Positions 16,580 through 30,389 of a DNA stretch of 64,000 nt are shown here, piece after piece. Origin of the DNA: Eledone cirrhosa. Lineage: Eukaryota. A program made the translations under genes and the position numbers. The notes beneath the pieces are model-generated. The model was given only the letters and a program-made list of their open reading frames with translations. It did no database searches and was not told the DNA's origin. Position 1 is the first letter of the stretch, and each line of letters starts with the position of its first letter. The stretch lies in the NCBI GenBank assembly GCA_964016885.1, contig OZ024766.1:18476001-18540000 (forward strand). Direction: 5' to 3'.

Positions 16580-17156
16580 TATGTAGAACGACTATTGTCG
16601 CGGGTGGGACCAATCCGGTTGACCACCGAGTCCATAGTAAGGATCAAACCGCCCACCCTCCTTCAAAAACGAAGGAGAGGCGGTTTTCCTATGTGTTATA
16701 GCTATGGCGAAAGAGGTTGTATGGTGGACGAGGTTGAAAGGGCTGAGGTCAGACACCTTTCTCTCCGGCCAGCAACTGATTCTTTTTTTCAAATACCACT
16801 TTGGAAGAAGAATCAGGATGGAGAGAGAGGTGCTGTACCCCAGCAAGTTCTATGAAAGGTGGGTGAAAGTGGCAAGAATGGCCCGAGTGAATGGGCCTTC
16901 TCTCTATATCAGCCTGTAGGTTGAGGAAAAGGAGGAGGAGAGGAAAGGAGTACAAGCTCTTCGTACTCCTGGAGATGAGGGTTGCACATTTTTTCGGGGG
17001 TCTGTGTTACCCATATAAACTGTCTCCCTCTATTGAGGAAAATCGACTAACTTTTTAAATTCTATTTGTGATAACATTTTACACGTTTTTATTGTATGTA
17101 AACTTCCCCCTTTGTATTTGTCCCCTTCTTTTGTGCCCCTGTGGCTAATAAAGAAA
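16580..17156 (+). mobile_element. Diverged Tx1/L1-like LINE 3' fragment
   Basis: AKEVVWWTRLKGLRSDTFLSGQQLILFFKYHFGRRIRMEREVL...ERWVKVARM, then a 3' UTR with aataaagaaa. Confidence 0.75.
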
Positions 17157-17163
17157 CATATCT

Positions 17164-17500
17164 GGAGGCACATGGCTTAGTGGTTAGAGCATTGGCCTTG
17201 CAATCGAAAGGTTGTGAGTTCAATTCTCAGACCAGGTGATGTGTTGTTTCCTTGAGCAAGACACTTTATTTCACATTGCTCCAGTTTACTCAGCTGTAGA
17301 AATGAGATGATAGGGACTCGGGTCCCTATCATTCCACTGCAAAGTGGTCGTGGAGGTGCCACGGCAAAAAAGCACCCAGCACTCACTGTAAATGAGGTTG
17401 GTGTTAGGAAGGGCATCCAGCTGTAGAAATCAAGCCAGAATCAGTTCCCGTCCCACCCTTGCTAACAGGGAAAAGTGGACGTAAAATGAAATGAATGAAA
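17164..17500 (+). mobile_element. Full-length tRNA-derived SINE (CORE/Meta-like centre, RTE-like tail)
   Basis: A-box tggcttagtgg, B-box-like gagttcaattc, central ccttgagcaagacact, tail ggaagggcatccagctgtagaaa...ggacgtaaaatga. Confidence 0.85.
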
Positions 17501-17505
17501 TGATG

Positions 17506-17613
<108 letters not shown>

Positions 17614-17686
17614 CTCTCTACCCCTACAGGTACTGTCCAGCTCTCTCTGGCTGTCTGTGTGGGTCCAAGTCACCAGTTGCCCCAGT

Positions 17687-17817
17687 ATGGCAAGTGCCAG
17701 AGGAGATATAAAGAACCAGGATGTCTATAAAATGCATATGGCCACCGCTCATGACTGGGAGGGAGAGAAACGCAAAGGAAAACGCATCATTGATGATGGA
17801 ACTATAACTTTTTTTTG
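17687..17817 (+). CDS. PTDSS2: Phosphatidylserine synthase 2, coding exon 1 (MASARGDIKNQDVYKMHMATAHDWEGEKRKGKRIIDDGTITFFW)
   Basis: DDGTITFFW matches the vertebrate PTDSS2 motif DDGTNTFFW. Acceptor cctacag ends at 17629; donor TG|gtaagt at 17818. The start ATG at 17687 is inferred, and the frame is also open back to the acceptor. Confidence 0.88.
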
Positions 17818-17824
17818 GTAAGTC

Positions 17825-20165
17825 TGGTGTTGGTGGTGTGGTGTGGTGTGGTGGTGTTTGTGGTGTGGTGGTGGTGTTGTTGTTAGTGGTGGTGGTGGTG
17901 TGGTGTGGTGGTGGTGTGGTGTGGTGTGGTGGTGGTGTTTGTGGTGTGGTGGTGGTGTTGTTGTTAGTGGTGGTGGTGGTGGTGGTGGTGGTGGTGTTGT
18001 GGTGGTGTGGTGTGGTGTGGTGTGGTGTTGTTGTTGGTGGTGTGGTGTGGTGTGGTGGTGGTGTTTGTGGTGTGGTGGTGGTGTTGTTGTTAGTGGTGGT
18101 GGTGGTGGTGGTGGTGTTGTGGTGGTGTGGTGTGGTGTGGTGTGGTGTTGTTGTTGGTGGTGTGGTGTGGTGTGGTGGTGGTGTTTGTGGTGTGGTGGTG
18201 GTGTTGTTGTTAGTGGTGGTGTTGTTGTTGTTGGTGGTGTGGTGTGGTGGTGGTGTTTGTGGTGTGGTGGTGGTGTTGTTGTTAGTGGTGGTGTGGTGTT
18301 GTGTTGGTGGTGGTGTTGTTCGTGGTGTTGTTGGTGGTGTTGTTGGTGTTGTAGTGGTGTGGTGTGGTGTGGTGTGGTGGTGGTGTTTGTGGTGTGGTGG
18401 TGGTGTTGTTGTTAGTGGTGGTGTTGTTGTTGTTGGTGGTGTGGTGTGGTGGTGGTGTTTGTGGTGTGGTGGTGGTGTTGTTGTTAGTGGTGGTGTTGTT
18501 GTTGTTGGTGGTGTGGTGTGGTGGTGGTGTTTGTGGTGGTGGTGTTGTTGTTAGTGGTGGTGTTGTTGTTGTTGGTGGTGTGGTGTGGTGGTGGTGTTTG
18601 TGGTGTGGTGGTGGTGTTGTTGTTAGTGGTGGTGTGGCGTGGTGTGTTGGTGGTGTGGTGTGGTGGTGGTGTTTGTGGTGTGGTGGTGTGGTGTGGTGTG
18701 GTGGTGGTGTTGTTGTTGGTGGTGTGGTGTGGTGTGGTGGTGGTGTTTGTGGTGTGGTGGTGGTGTTGTTGTTAGTGGTGGTGTGGTGTTGTGTTGGTGG
18801 TGGTGTTTGTGGTGTGGTGGTGGTGTTGTTGTTAGTGGTGGTGTGGTGTTGTGTTGGTGGTGGTGTTGTTCGTGGTGTTGTTGGTGGTGGTGTGGTGTTG
18901 TAGTGGTGTGGTGTGGTGTGGCGTGGTGTGTTGGTGGTGGTGTTGTGGTGGTGGTGTGGTGTGGTAGTGGTGTTGTTGTTAGTGGTGGTGTGGTGTTGTG
19001 TTGGTGGTGGTGTTGTTCGTGGTGTTGTTGGTGGTGGTGTGGTGTTGTAGTGGTGTGGTGTGGTGTGGCGTGGTGTGTTGGTGGTGGTGTTGTGGTGGTG
19101 GTGTGGTGTGGTAGTGGTGTTGTTGTTAGTGGTGGTGTGGTGTTGTGTTGGTGGTGGTGTTGTTCGTGGTGTTGTTGGTGGTGGTGTGGTGTTGTAGTGG
19201 TGTGGTGTGGTGTGGCGTGGTGTGTTGGTGGTGGTGTTGTGGTGGTGGTGGTGGTGTGGTGTGGTAGTGGTGTTGTTGTTAGTGGTGGTGTGGTGTTGTT
19301 GGTGGTGGTGTTGTTCGTGGTGTTGTTGGTGGTGTTGTTGGTGGTGGTGTGGTGTGGCGTGGTGTGTTGGTGGTGGTGTTGTGGTGGTGGTGTGGTGTGG
19401 TAGTGGTGTTGTTGTTAGTGGTGGTGTGGTGTTGTGTTGGTGGTGGTGTTGTTCGTGGTGTTGTTGGTGGTGGTGTGGTGTTGTAGTGGTGTGGTGTGGC
19501 GTGGTGTGTTGGTGGTGGTGTTGTGGTGGTGGTGGTGGTGTGGTGTGGTAGTGGTGTTGTTGTTAGTGGTGGTGTGGTGTTGTGTTGGTGGTGGTGTTGG
19601 TGGTGGTGTTGTTCGTGGTGTTGTTGGTGGTGTTGTTGGTGGTGGTGTGGTGTGGCGTGGTGTGTTGGTGGTGGTGTTGTGGTGGTGGTGGTGGTGTGGT
19701 GTGGTAGTGGTGTTGTTGTTAGTGGTGGTGTGGTGTTGTGTTGGTGGTGGTGTTGTTCGTGGTGTTGTTGGTGGTGGTGTGGTGTTGTAGTGGTGTGGTG
19801 TGGTGTGGCGTGGTGTGTTGGTGGTGGTGTTGTGGTGGTGGTGGTGGTGTGGTGTGGTGGTGGTGGTGTGGTGGTGGTGGTGTGTTGTTGGTGTGGTGTT
19901 GTTGGTGTGGTGTTGTTGGTGGTGTTGTTGGTGGTGGTGTTGGTGTTGTTGGTGTTGTGTTGGTGGTGGTGTGGTGTTGTTGTTGTGTTGGTGGTGGTGT
20001 TGGTGTTGTTTGGTGTTGTTGTTGTTGTTGGTGTGGTGGTGTTGGTGGTGGTGTTGGTGGTGGTGTGGTGGTGTTGGTGGTGGTGTTGGTGGTGGTGTGT
20101 TGGTGTTGGTGGTGGTGTTGGTGGTGGTGTAATTGGTGGTGGTGTTGTTACTGTTGTTGTTGTTG
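17825..20165. repeat. (GGT/GTT/GGTGT)n low-complexity tract
   Basis: Direct inspection. Confidence 0.97.
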
Positions 20166-20169
20166 CTAT

Positions 20170-20600
20170 TGCAGCTGTTCAAAGTTTTCCCTTCCTGCTT
20201 GCCCATTATCCCAATCCATCTCCTGTGTACCCAAGACTTACATTGTCTACACTGTATGGGGTTTATACCTAGTCCTTTTCTAAATATTGAGCAGGGCCAC
20301 TCCCCTGAAAGATTCTGGGCCTTCTTTTTCTTACTCCCTAACACTATAGTTCTGGTTAAGTTTACACTCAACCCCTTTTGATTCTAGATTCTGTTTCCAT
20401 AGTCAGAATTTCTATGGGTTCCTCTATAAGGACCAAAGCATCAGCTTAGAGAAGTTCCCTTGGATAACCAGTTGCAAACCCTTCTTTTATGGCCTGGAGA
20501 GCTGCTAATTGGGTCACCTAGGTAGTAGAGGCTATCAACTACTTCTGTGGTACCCTTTGCTGTTAACAGGAGTAGCTCTCTAAACTCTTCCGCCATGTCC
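20170..20600 (-). mobile_element. Degenerate RTE LINE fragments
   Basis: SVNLTRTIVL...RKGLGINPIQCRQCKSWVHRR and EVVDSLYYLGD. Confidence 0.75.
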
Positions 20601-20601
20601 C

Positions 20602-22277
20602 AGAGAATCAGGGTGGAGAGAGAGAGGCACTGCACCCCAGTAAATTTACTGAAAGGTGGGTGAATGTGACAACAATGGCCCGAGTGATTGGGCCTTCTCT
20701 GTATATAAACCTGAAGGTTGAAGAAAGGAGCACTTGCACAACTCTCTATTCATCTATCTATCTATTTATCTATCTATCTGTCTTTCTCTCTGGACAACAA
20801 CCCATTCCCTTCTTTAGGTACCACTTTAGAAGGAGAATCAGGGTGGAGAGAGAGAGGCACTGCACCCCAGTAAATTTACTGAAAGGTGGGTGAATGTGAC
20901 AACAATGGCCCGAGTGATTGGGCCTTCTCTGTATATAAACCTGAAGGTTGAAGAAGAGAGCAAAAGGAAGAAAGGGGCACTTGCACAACACGCTCCTGAA
21001 GTTGAGGGTTGTTCTATCTATGGGGTATTAAACAACCCATTTGTGCACTTGCACAACTCTCTATTCGTCTATTTATCTATTTATCTGTCTTCGGACAACG
21101 ACTCATTCCCTTCTTTAGGTACCACTTTAGAAGGAGAATCAGAGTGGAGAGAGAGAGGCACTGCACCCCAGTAAATTTACTGAAAGGTGGGTGAATGTGG
21201 CAACAATGGCCCGAGTGATTGGGCCTTCTCTGCATATAAACCTGTAGGTTGAAGAAGAGAGCAAAAGGAAGAAAGGAGCACTTGCACAACTCTCTATTCG
21301 TCTATCTATCTATTTATCTGTCTTCGGACAACGACTCATTCCCTTCTTTAGGTACCACTTTAGAAGGAGAATCAGTGGAGAGAGAGGCACTGCACCCCAG
21401 TAAATTTACTGAAAGGTGGGTGAATGTGACAACAATGGCCCCAGTGATTGGGCCTTCTCTGTATATAAACCTGTAGGTTGAAGAAGAGAGCAAAAGGAAG
21501 AAAGGAGCACTTGCACAACTCTCTATTCGTCTATTTATCTATTTATCTGTCTTCGGACAACAACTCATTCCCTTCTTTAGGTACCACTTTAGAAGGAGAA
21601 TCAGTGGAGAGAGAGGCACTGCACCCCAGTAAATTTACTGAAAGGTGGGTGAATGTGGCAACAATGGCCCCAGTGATTGGGCCTTCTCTGTATATAAACA
21701 TGTAGGTTGAAGAAGAGAGCAAAAGGAAGAAAGGAGCACTTGCACAACTCTCTATTCGTCTATTTATCTATTTATCTGTCTTCGGACAACGACTCATTCC
21801 CTTCTTTAGGTACCACTTTAGAAGGAGAATCAGTGGAGAGAGAGGCACTGCACCCCAGTAAATTTACTGAAAGGTGGGTGAATGTGACAACAATGGCCCG
21901 AGTGATTGGGCCTTCTCTGTATATAAACCTGTAGGTTGAAGAAGAGAGCAAAAGGAAGAAAGGAGCACTTGCACAACTCTCTATTCGTCTATTTATCTAT
22001 TTATCTGTCTTCGGACAACAACCCATTCCCTTCTTTAGGTACCACTTTAGAAGGAGAATCAGAGTGGAGAGAGAGAGAGGCACTGCACCCCAGTAAATTT
22101 ACTGAAAGGTGTTATATGGTGGACGAGGTTGAGAGGACTGAGGACAGCTGCTTTTCTCTCCGGACAACAACTCATTCCCTTCTTTAGGTACCACTTTAGA
22201 AGGAGAATCAGTGGAGAGAGAGGCACTGCACCCCAGTAAATTTACTGAAAGGTGGGTGAATGTGACAACAATGGCCC
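20602..22277 (+). repeat. Tandem array (about 229-bp unit, about 7 copies) of the Tx1-like LINE 3' segment
   Basis: Same unit as 15700-16380; ORF track repeats at 229-bp spacing. Confidence 0.9.
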
Positions 22278-22339
22278 TTTGTTGTTAACAGGAGTAGCTC
22301 TTTAAACTCATCTCTAAACATATCTTGTATATATTTCAG

Positions 22340-22441
22340 GCGAGCGCATACCTTGTTAACCCTCTTCTTGTTCAGTTTAACCCTGGTCTATGTGGCAGTT
22401 TTCGAAGAGACCTCCACTGACACAAACTACAACCTTAAACG
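22340..22441 (+). CDS. PTDSS2: PTDSS2 coding exon 2 (RAHTLLTLFLFSLTLVYVAVFEETSTDTNYNLKR)
   Basis: tttcag acceptor, gtgagt donor, 102 nt, phase-compatible; matches RAHTLTVLF...EETPQDTAYNTKR. Confidence 0.95.
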
Positions 22442-22464
22442 GTGAGTTATGTTTTTCATATTTA

Positions 22465-24588
22465 CAGTATAGTGTACCTAGGACTACATTATTTAATGTA
22501 CAGTATAGTACAGTAGTTAGTATTAGTGGCTATCAGACATAGTGTACCCAGGACTACATTATTTAATGTACAGTATAGTACAGTAGTTAGTATTAGTGGC
22601 TATCAGACATAGTGTATCTAGGACTACATTATCTAATGTACAGTACAGTAGTTAGTATTAGTGGCTATCAGACATAGTGTACCTAGGACTACACTATCTA
22701 ATGTACAGTACAGTAGTTAGTATTAGTGGCTATCAGACATAGTGTATCTAGGACTACACTATCTAATGTACAGTACAGTAGTTAGTATTAGTGGCTATCA
22801 GACATAGTGTATCTAGGACTACACTATCTAATGTACAGTACAGTAGTTAGTATTAGTGGCTATCAGACATAGTGTACCTAGGACTACATTATCTAATGTA
22901 CAGTACAGTAGTTAGTATTAGTGGCTATCAGACATAGTGTATCTAGGACTACACTATCTAATGTACAGTACAGTAGTTAGTATTAGTGGCTATCAGACAT
23001 AGTGTATCTAGGACTACATTATCTAATGTACAGTACAGTAGTTAGTATTAGTGGTTATCAGACATAGTGTATCTAGGACTACATTATCTAATGTACAGTA
23101 CAATAGTTAGTATTAGTGGCTATCAGGCATAGTGTATCTAGGACTACATTATCTAATGTACAGTACAGTAGTTAGTATTAGTGGCTATCAGACATAGTGT
23201 ACCTAGGACTACATTATCTAATGTACAGTACAGTAGTTAGTATTAGTGGCTATCAGACATAGTGTATCTAGGACTACACTATCTAATGTACAGTACAGTA
23301 GTTAGTATTAGTGGCTATCAGACATAGTGTATCTAGGACTACACTATCTAATGTACAGTACAGTAGTTAGTATTAGTGGCTATCAGACATAGTGTATCTA
23401 GGACTACATTATCTAATGTACAGTATAGTAGTTAGTATTAGTGGCTATCAGACATAGTATATCTAGGACTACATTATCTAATGTACAGTACAGTAGTTAG
23501 TATTAGTGGCTATCAGACATAGTGTATCTAGGACTACATTATCTAATGTACAGTACAGTAGTTAGTATTAGTGGCTATCAGACATAGTGTATCTAGGACT
23601 ACATTATCTAATGTACAGTACAGTAGTTAGTATTAGTGGCTATCAGACATAGTGTATCTAGGACTACACTATCTAATGTACAGTACAGTAGTTAGTATTA
23701 GTGGCTATCAGACATAGTGTACCTAGGACTACATTATCTAATGTACAGTACAGTAGTTAGTATTAGTGGCTATCAGACATAGTGTACCTAGGACTACATT
23801 ATCTAATGTACAGTACAGTAGTTAGTATTAGTGGCTATCAGACATAGTGTATCTAGGACTACATTATCTAATGTACAGTACAGTAGTTAGTATTAGTGGC
23901 TATCAGACATAGTGTATCTAGGACTACATTATCTAATGTACAGTACAGTAGTTAGTATTAGTGGCTATCAGACATAGTGTATCTAGGACTACACTATCTA
24001 ATGTACAGTACAGTAGTTAGTATTAGTGGCTATCAGACATAGTGTATCTAGGACTACATTATCTAATGTACAGTACAGTAGTTAGTATTAGTGGCTATCA
24101 GACATAGTGTATCTAGGACTACATTATCTAATGTACAGTATAGTAGTTAGTATTAGTGGCTATCAGACATAGTGTATCTAGGACTACATTATCTAATGTA
24201 CAGTACAGTAGTTAGTATTAGTGGCTATCAGACATAGTGTATCTAGGACTACATTATCTAATGTACAGTACAGTAGTTAGTATTAGTGGCTATCAGACAT
24301 AGTGTACCTAGGACTACATTATCTAATGTACAGTACAGTAGTTAGTATTAGTGGCTATCAGACATAGTGTATCTAGGACTACACTATCTAATGTACAGTA
24401 CAGTAGTTAGTATTAGTGGCTATCAGACATAGTGTATCTAGGACTACATTATCTAATGTACAGTCCAGTAGTTAGTATTAGTGGCTATCAGCCATAGTGT
24501 ATCTAGGACTACATTATCTAATGTACAGTACAGTAGTTAGTATTAGTGGCTATCAGACATAGTGTATCTAGGACTACATTATCTAATG
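22465..24588. repeat. 65-bp satellite array 1 (tagtgtatctaggactacattatctaatgtacagtacagtagttagtattagtggctatcagaca), about 32 copies
   Basis: Period 65 (22611 to 22676); fills nearly all of intron 2. Confidence 0.97.
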
Positions 24589-24631
24589 TTTGTAGTGAGT
24601 GTTGTATACTAAGGCTCTGTCTTTTTTCCAG

Positions 24632-24714
24632 GGGTATTCTTGCAATTATTGGCTCCTTTTTACTATTTGGAGTCACACAAACGCCTGATGGACCATTTAA
24701 AAGACCACATCCAG
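24632..24714 (+). CDS. PTDSS2: PTDSS2 coding exon 3 (GILAIIGSFLLFGVTQTPDGPFKRPHP)
   Basis: ttttttccag acceptor, gtaagt donor, 83 nt; family motif DGPFxRPHP. Confidence 0.97.
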
Positions 24715-24720
24715 GTAAGT

Positions 24721-24804
<84 letters not shown>

Positions 24805-24929
24805 GTATGCACACATATGGTGGCTGCCAACTCGTTTTCGAGTACGGCCACTACTTTATATCCATGTAGGAGAACCCCTACCGATGCGCTGAACGAGTGT
24901 GACTTTTTAGTCCAGCCAGCGACTTGAAA

Positions 24930-25225
24930 ACTCTGGTACAAACACTACACTTGTGACAATTACTGACACATAGTGCTGGGCCCATGGTACCATGTGACGA
25001 CAAGTGCAGAGAGATCTCCAGATATAAAGCAATGCCTGTGCCGTGAAGCTTTTATAGTGAGCAAAGGCACTGCACAAAGCCAGTCCCACTCTCTTAACCA
25101 AGATGATATTTACCAAAAAGAAGAACAAGTCAACATCATTGGATACCATCAGGGTTGCAGGTGTTATATCAGAGTCTTCCTTTTCCTAGAATTCTGCCTT
25201 GACAAAGGCTAAGGGGTCATCTCTC

Positions 25226-25260
<35 letters not shown>

Positions 25261-25880
25261 TCTGGTACAAACACTACACTTGTGACAATTATTGACACAT
25301 AGTGCTGGGCCCATGGTACCATGTGACGACAAGTGCAGAGAGATCTCCAGATATAAAGCAATGCCTGTGCCGTGAAGCTTTTATAGTGAGCAAAGGCACT
25401 GCACAAAGCCAGTCCCACTCTCTTAACCAAGATGATATTTACCAAAAAGAAGAACAAGTCAACATCATTGGATACCATCAGAGTTGCAGGTGTTATATCA
25501 GAGTTTTCCTTCTCCTAGAATTCTGCCTTGACAAAGGCTAAGGGGTCATCTCTCCCAATATATATATATATATATATATATACTCTGGTACAAACACTAC
25601 ACTTGTGACAATTATTGACACATAGTGCTGGGCCCATGGTACCATGTGATGACAAGTGCAGAGAGATCTCCAGATATAAAGCAATGCCTGTGCCGTGAAG
25701 CTTTTATAGTGAGCAAAGGCACTGCACAAAGCCAGTCCCACTCTCTTAACCAAGATGATATTTACCAAAAAGAAGAACAAGTCAACATCATTGGATACCA
25801 TCAGGGTTGCAGGTGTTATATCAGAGTTTTCCTTCTCCTAGAATTCTGCCTTGACAAAGGCTAAGGGGTCATCTCTCCCA
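24930..25880 (-). repeat. Three tandem copies (about 300 bp, separated by (TA)n) of an RTE 5'UTR-like segment
   Basis: Minus strand carries ctaggagaaggaaaactctgatataacacc; a diverged homologue lies at 40335-40547 (+). Confidence 0.65.
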
Positions 25881-26627
25881 TATGCACACATATACACACA
25901 TATATACATACACATATATACATATATATACACACATATATATACATACACATATATACATATATATACACACATATATATACATACACATATATACATA
26001 TATATACACACATATATATACATACACATATATACATCTATATACACACATATATATACATACACATATATACATATATATACACACATATATATACATA
26101 CACATATATACATATATATACACACATATATATACATACATATATATATATATATATACACATATATATATATACACACATATATACATATATATACACA
26201 CATATATATACATACACATATATACATATATATACACACATATATATACATATATATACACACATATATATATACATACACATATATACATATATATACA
26301 CACATATATATACATACACATATATACATATATATACACACATATATATATATATATACACATATATATACATACACATATATATATATATATACACACA
26401 TATATATACATACACATATATACATATATATACACACATATATATACATATATATACACACATATATTTATACATACACATATATACATATATATACACA
26501 CATATATATACATACACATATATACATATATATACACACATATATATACATACACATATATACATATATATACACACATATATATACATACACATATATA
26601 CATATATATACACACATATATATACAT

Positions 26628-26668
<41 letters not shown>

Positions 26669-27209
26669 TACATACACATATATACATATATATACACACA
26701 TATATATACATACACATATATACATATATATACACACATATATATACATATATATACACACATATATATATACATACACATATATACATATATATACACA
26801 CATATATATACATACACATATATACATATATATATACACACATATATATATATATATACACATATATATACATACACATATATATATATATATATACACA
26901 CATATATACATACACATATATACATATATATACACACATATATATACATATATATACACACATATATTTATACATACACATATATACATATATATACACA
27001 CATATATATACATACACATATATACATATATATACACACATATATATACATACACATATATATATATATATACACACATATATACATACACATATATACA
27101 TATATATACACATATATATATACATACACATATATACATATATATACACACATATATATACATACACATATATATATATATACACACATATATACATACA
27201 CATATATAC

Positions 27210-27240
<31 letters not shown>

Positions 27241-27380
27241 TACATACACATATATACATATATATACACACATATATATACATACACATATATATATATA
27301 CACACATATATACATACACATATATACATATATATACACACTTATATATACATACATACACATATATATATATACACACA
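25880..27380. repeat. (TA/CA)n compound microsatellite
   Basis: Direct inspection. Confidence 0.97.
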
Positions 27381-27442
27381 TAGTCAGCACCTACCCTACC
27401 ACCAGATGATGTATAAATACCACCATACCACAATCACAGTTA

Positions 27443-27492
27443 GCTTTCCTGATGATTTCTTTGGAATGAAACAGTTCTAGTCCTGTAGAAGC
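27443..27492 (+). ncRNA. Type I hammerhead motif, family A (solo, diverged pLTR copy)
   Basis: TTC-CTGATGA-T[TTC tttg GAA]T-GAAA-CAG ttctagtc CTG-TA-GAA; GUA triplet; the downstream 80 bp resembles 49640-49720. Confidence 0.7.
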
Positions 27493-27574
27493 CATTTCTA
27501 TATTAAATGTCTATACTCTGCTATGTATTGAGTACTTACTGTGGTTACCCCTGATTGAACCCAAGATACACATA

Positions 27575-28655
27575 TGTTTGATATGTAGAAAAGGAACTGG
27601 CATAAATTCCATAAAATGCACACAATGCAGATCTTGGGTACACAAGAGATGTAGCGGGGTAGCAGGCAAACTAACAGGTAGGGAGAAATATGTATGCAGT
27701 AGATGTACAGGGAGATTAGACAGTAGAAGTCGCATTGATAGACACATTTTTCAAATGCAGGTGGGTTCTATAGAAGTGGTGGATAGCTTCCGGTACCTAG
27801 GAGATCAGATTAGCATGGGAGGGGGGGTGTTCCGAGGCCATAGTATCTAGAATAAGGACGGGTTGGAAGAAGTTTAGGGAGCTGCTTCCTCTGTTGACGA
27901 AGAAGGGTTTCTCCCTGCGTACGAAAGGCCGGTTGTATGATGCCTGTGTGAGGAGCGCGATGCTGCATGGCAGTGAGACATGGGCAGCAACTGCAGAGGA
28001 TATGCGACGGCTGGAGAGAAATGAGGCAAGCATGCTCTGTTGGATGTGCAATGTCAATTTGCGTGAACCGCCGAGCATAGATGAGTTGAGAAAGAAACTG
28101 TGTCTGAGAGGGATAGAATGTAGTGTACGGGAGAGGAGACTGAGGTGGTATGGACATGTGATGTGTTGAGAGAGAAACTGTGTATAAGAGGGATAAGTTG
28201 TGGTGTGTGGGAGAGAAGACTGAGATGGTATGGACATTTGATGTGTTGAGAGAGAAACTGTGTCTGAGAGGGATAGAATGTAGTGTACGGGAGAGAAGAC
28301 TGAGATGGTATGGTCATGTGATGAGTTGAGAGAGAAATTGTCTGAGAGGGATAGAATGTAGTGTGTGGGAGAGAAGACTGAGGTGGTATGGACATGTGAT
28401 GAGTTGAGAGAGAAACTGGGTATAAGAGGGATAAGTTGTGGTGTGCAGGAGAGAAGACTAAGATGGTATGGACATGTGATGTGCATGGAGGATGACTGCT
28501 GGGTAAAGAAGTGCCAAGAAATCCCAGTAGAAGGAAGACGTAGTAGAGGTAGACCACGAAAAACATGGGCGGAGGTGGTGAGAGCAGACCTCAGATCGCT
28601 GAAGCTCACGGTGGAGATGATGAAGGACCGTGACAAGTGGAGAGATGCTGTGCTT
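27575..28655 (+). mobile_element. RTE-clade LINE 3' fragment with an internal 80-bp tandem amplification
   Basis: [66 protein letters not shown] repeated, RGRPRKTW. Confidence 0.93.
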
Positions 28656-28901
28656 TACCGTGGCACCTCCACGACCACTTTACAGCGAGTGCTGGGTGCT
28701 TTTTTGCCGTGGCACCTCCACGACCACTTTGCAGTAGAATGATAGGGACCCGAGTCCCTATCATCTCATTTCTACAGCTGAGTAAACTGGAGCAATGTGA
28801 AATAAAGTGTCTTGCTCAAGGAAACAACACATCACCCGGTCTGAGAATTGAACTCACAACCTTTCGATTGCAATGCTCTAACCACTAAGCCATGAGCCTC
28901 C
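28655..28901 (-). mobile_element. tRNA-derived SINE (same family as 17164)
   Basis: Reverse complement of 17164-17390. Confidence 0.85.
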
Positions 28902-28940
28902 ATATATATATGTATGTATATATATATGTATGTATATATG

Positions 28941-28972
<32 letters not shown>

Positions 28973-29042
28973 TATATGTATGTATATATGTATGTATATA
29001 TGTATGTATATATGTATGTATATATGTATGTATATATGTATG

Positions 29043-29112
<70 letters not shown>

Positions 29113-29175
29113 CATATAAATACATACATATATATATATACATATAAATACATACATATATATATATACATATAA

Positions 29176-29206
<31 letters not shown>

Positions 29207-29301
29207 CGTGTGTGCTTTAACTCCCTGCAGGTGTCTCCCCTCCTCTTCCTACTTCCCCTATCCTGACCCCACGATAATTACTGGTTAGAAACATTCAGTG
29301 G

Positions 29302-29335
<34 letters not shown>

Positions 29336-29469
29336 TTTTTTTTTTTTTTTAAATAAAAGAAAAAACTAATTACTTAAAATTAGTCAATTAATTAAATAAT
29401 TAATTAATTAAGGTATTGTTTATTTACTGGACTTGTGGCTGCATGTCTGTTGCCGTTAGCAACAGTGGC

Positions 29470-30245
29470 CACCACCATCACCACCATCATCATCATTATA
29501 ATCATCACCACCACCACCACCACCACCACCACCATCATAACAATCACCACCATCACCAAGACTACCACCACCACCACCACCACCATACCATCACCATCAT
29601 TAAACCATCACCATCACCACCACCATCACCATCATTAAACCATCACCATCACCACCACCATCACCATCATTAAACCATCACCATCACCACCACCATCACC
29701 ATCATTAAACCATCACCATCACCACCACCATCACCATCATTAAACCATCACCATCACCACCACCATCACCATCATTAAACCATCACCACCACCATCACCA
29801 TCATTAAACCATCACCATCACCACCACCATCACCATCATTAAACCATCACCATCATTAAACCATCACCACCACCATCACCATCATTAAACCATCACCACC
29901 ACCATCACCATCATTAAAACATCACCATCATTAAACCATCACCATCATTAAACCATCACCACCATCACCATCATTAAACCATCACCATCACCACCACCAT
30001 CACCATCATTAAACCATCACCATCATTAAACCATCACCATCATTAAACCATCACCACCATCACCATCATTAAACCATCACCATCATTAAACTATCACCAT
30101 CATTAAACCATCACCACCACCACCATCACCACCACCACCACCATCACCATCATTAAACCATCACCATCATTAAACCATCACCACCACCACCATCACAACC
30201 ACCCCCACCATCATCATCACCACCACCACCACCACCACCACCATC
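29470..30245. repeat. (CAC/CAT)n tract with a recurring cattaaac unit
   Basis: Direct inspection. Confidence 0.92.
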
Positions 30246-30389
30246 AATACGGTCCAGGGAGAGGTGTTGTACTTTCAGCCACTCACCTCAAGCCATGGAG
30301 ACTGGGATAAGAACCGGCTTAACGGCCCTCTTGGCTTGGAACTCACTTTAACCCTGTGATGGACTGTCGCCATATCCAGGGGCAGTCTT

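Noticed and set aside
17164-17240. tRNA gene
   Set aside because: The tRNA-like head continues into a SINE body present in several copies; no intact acceptor stem.
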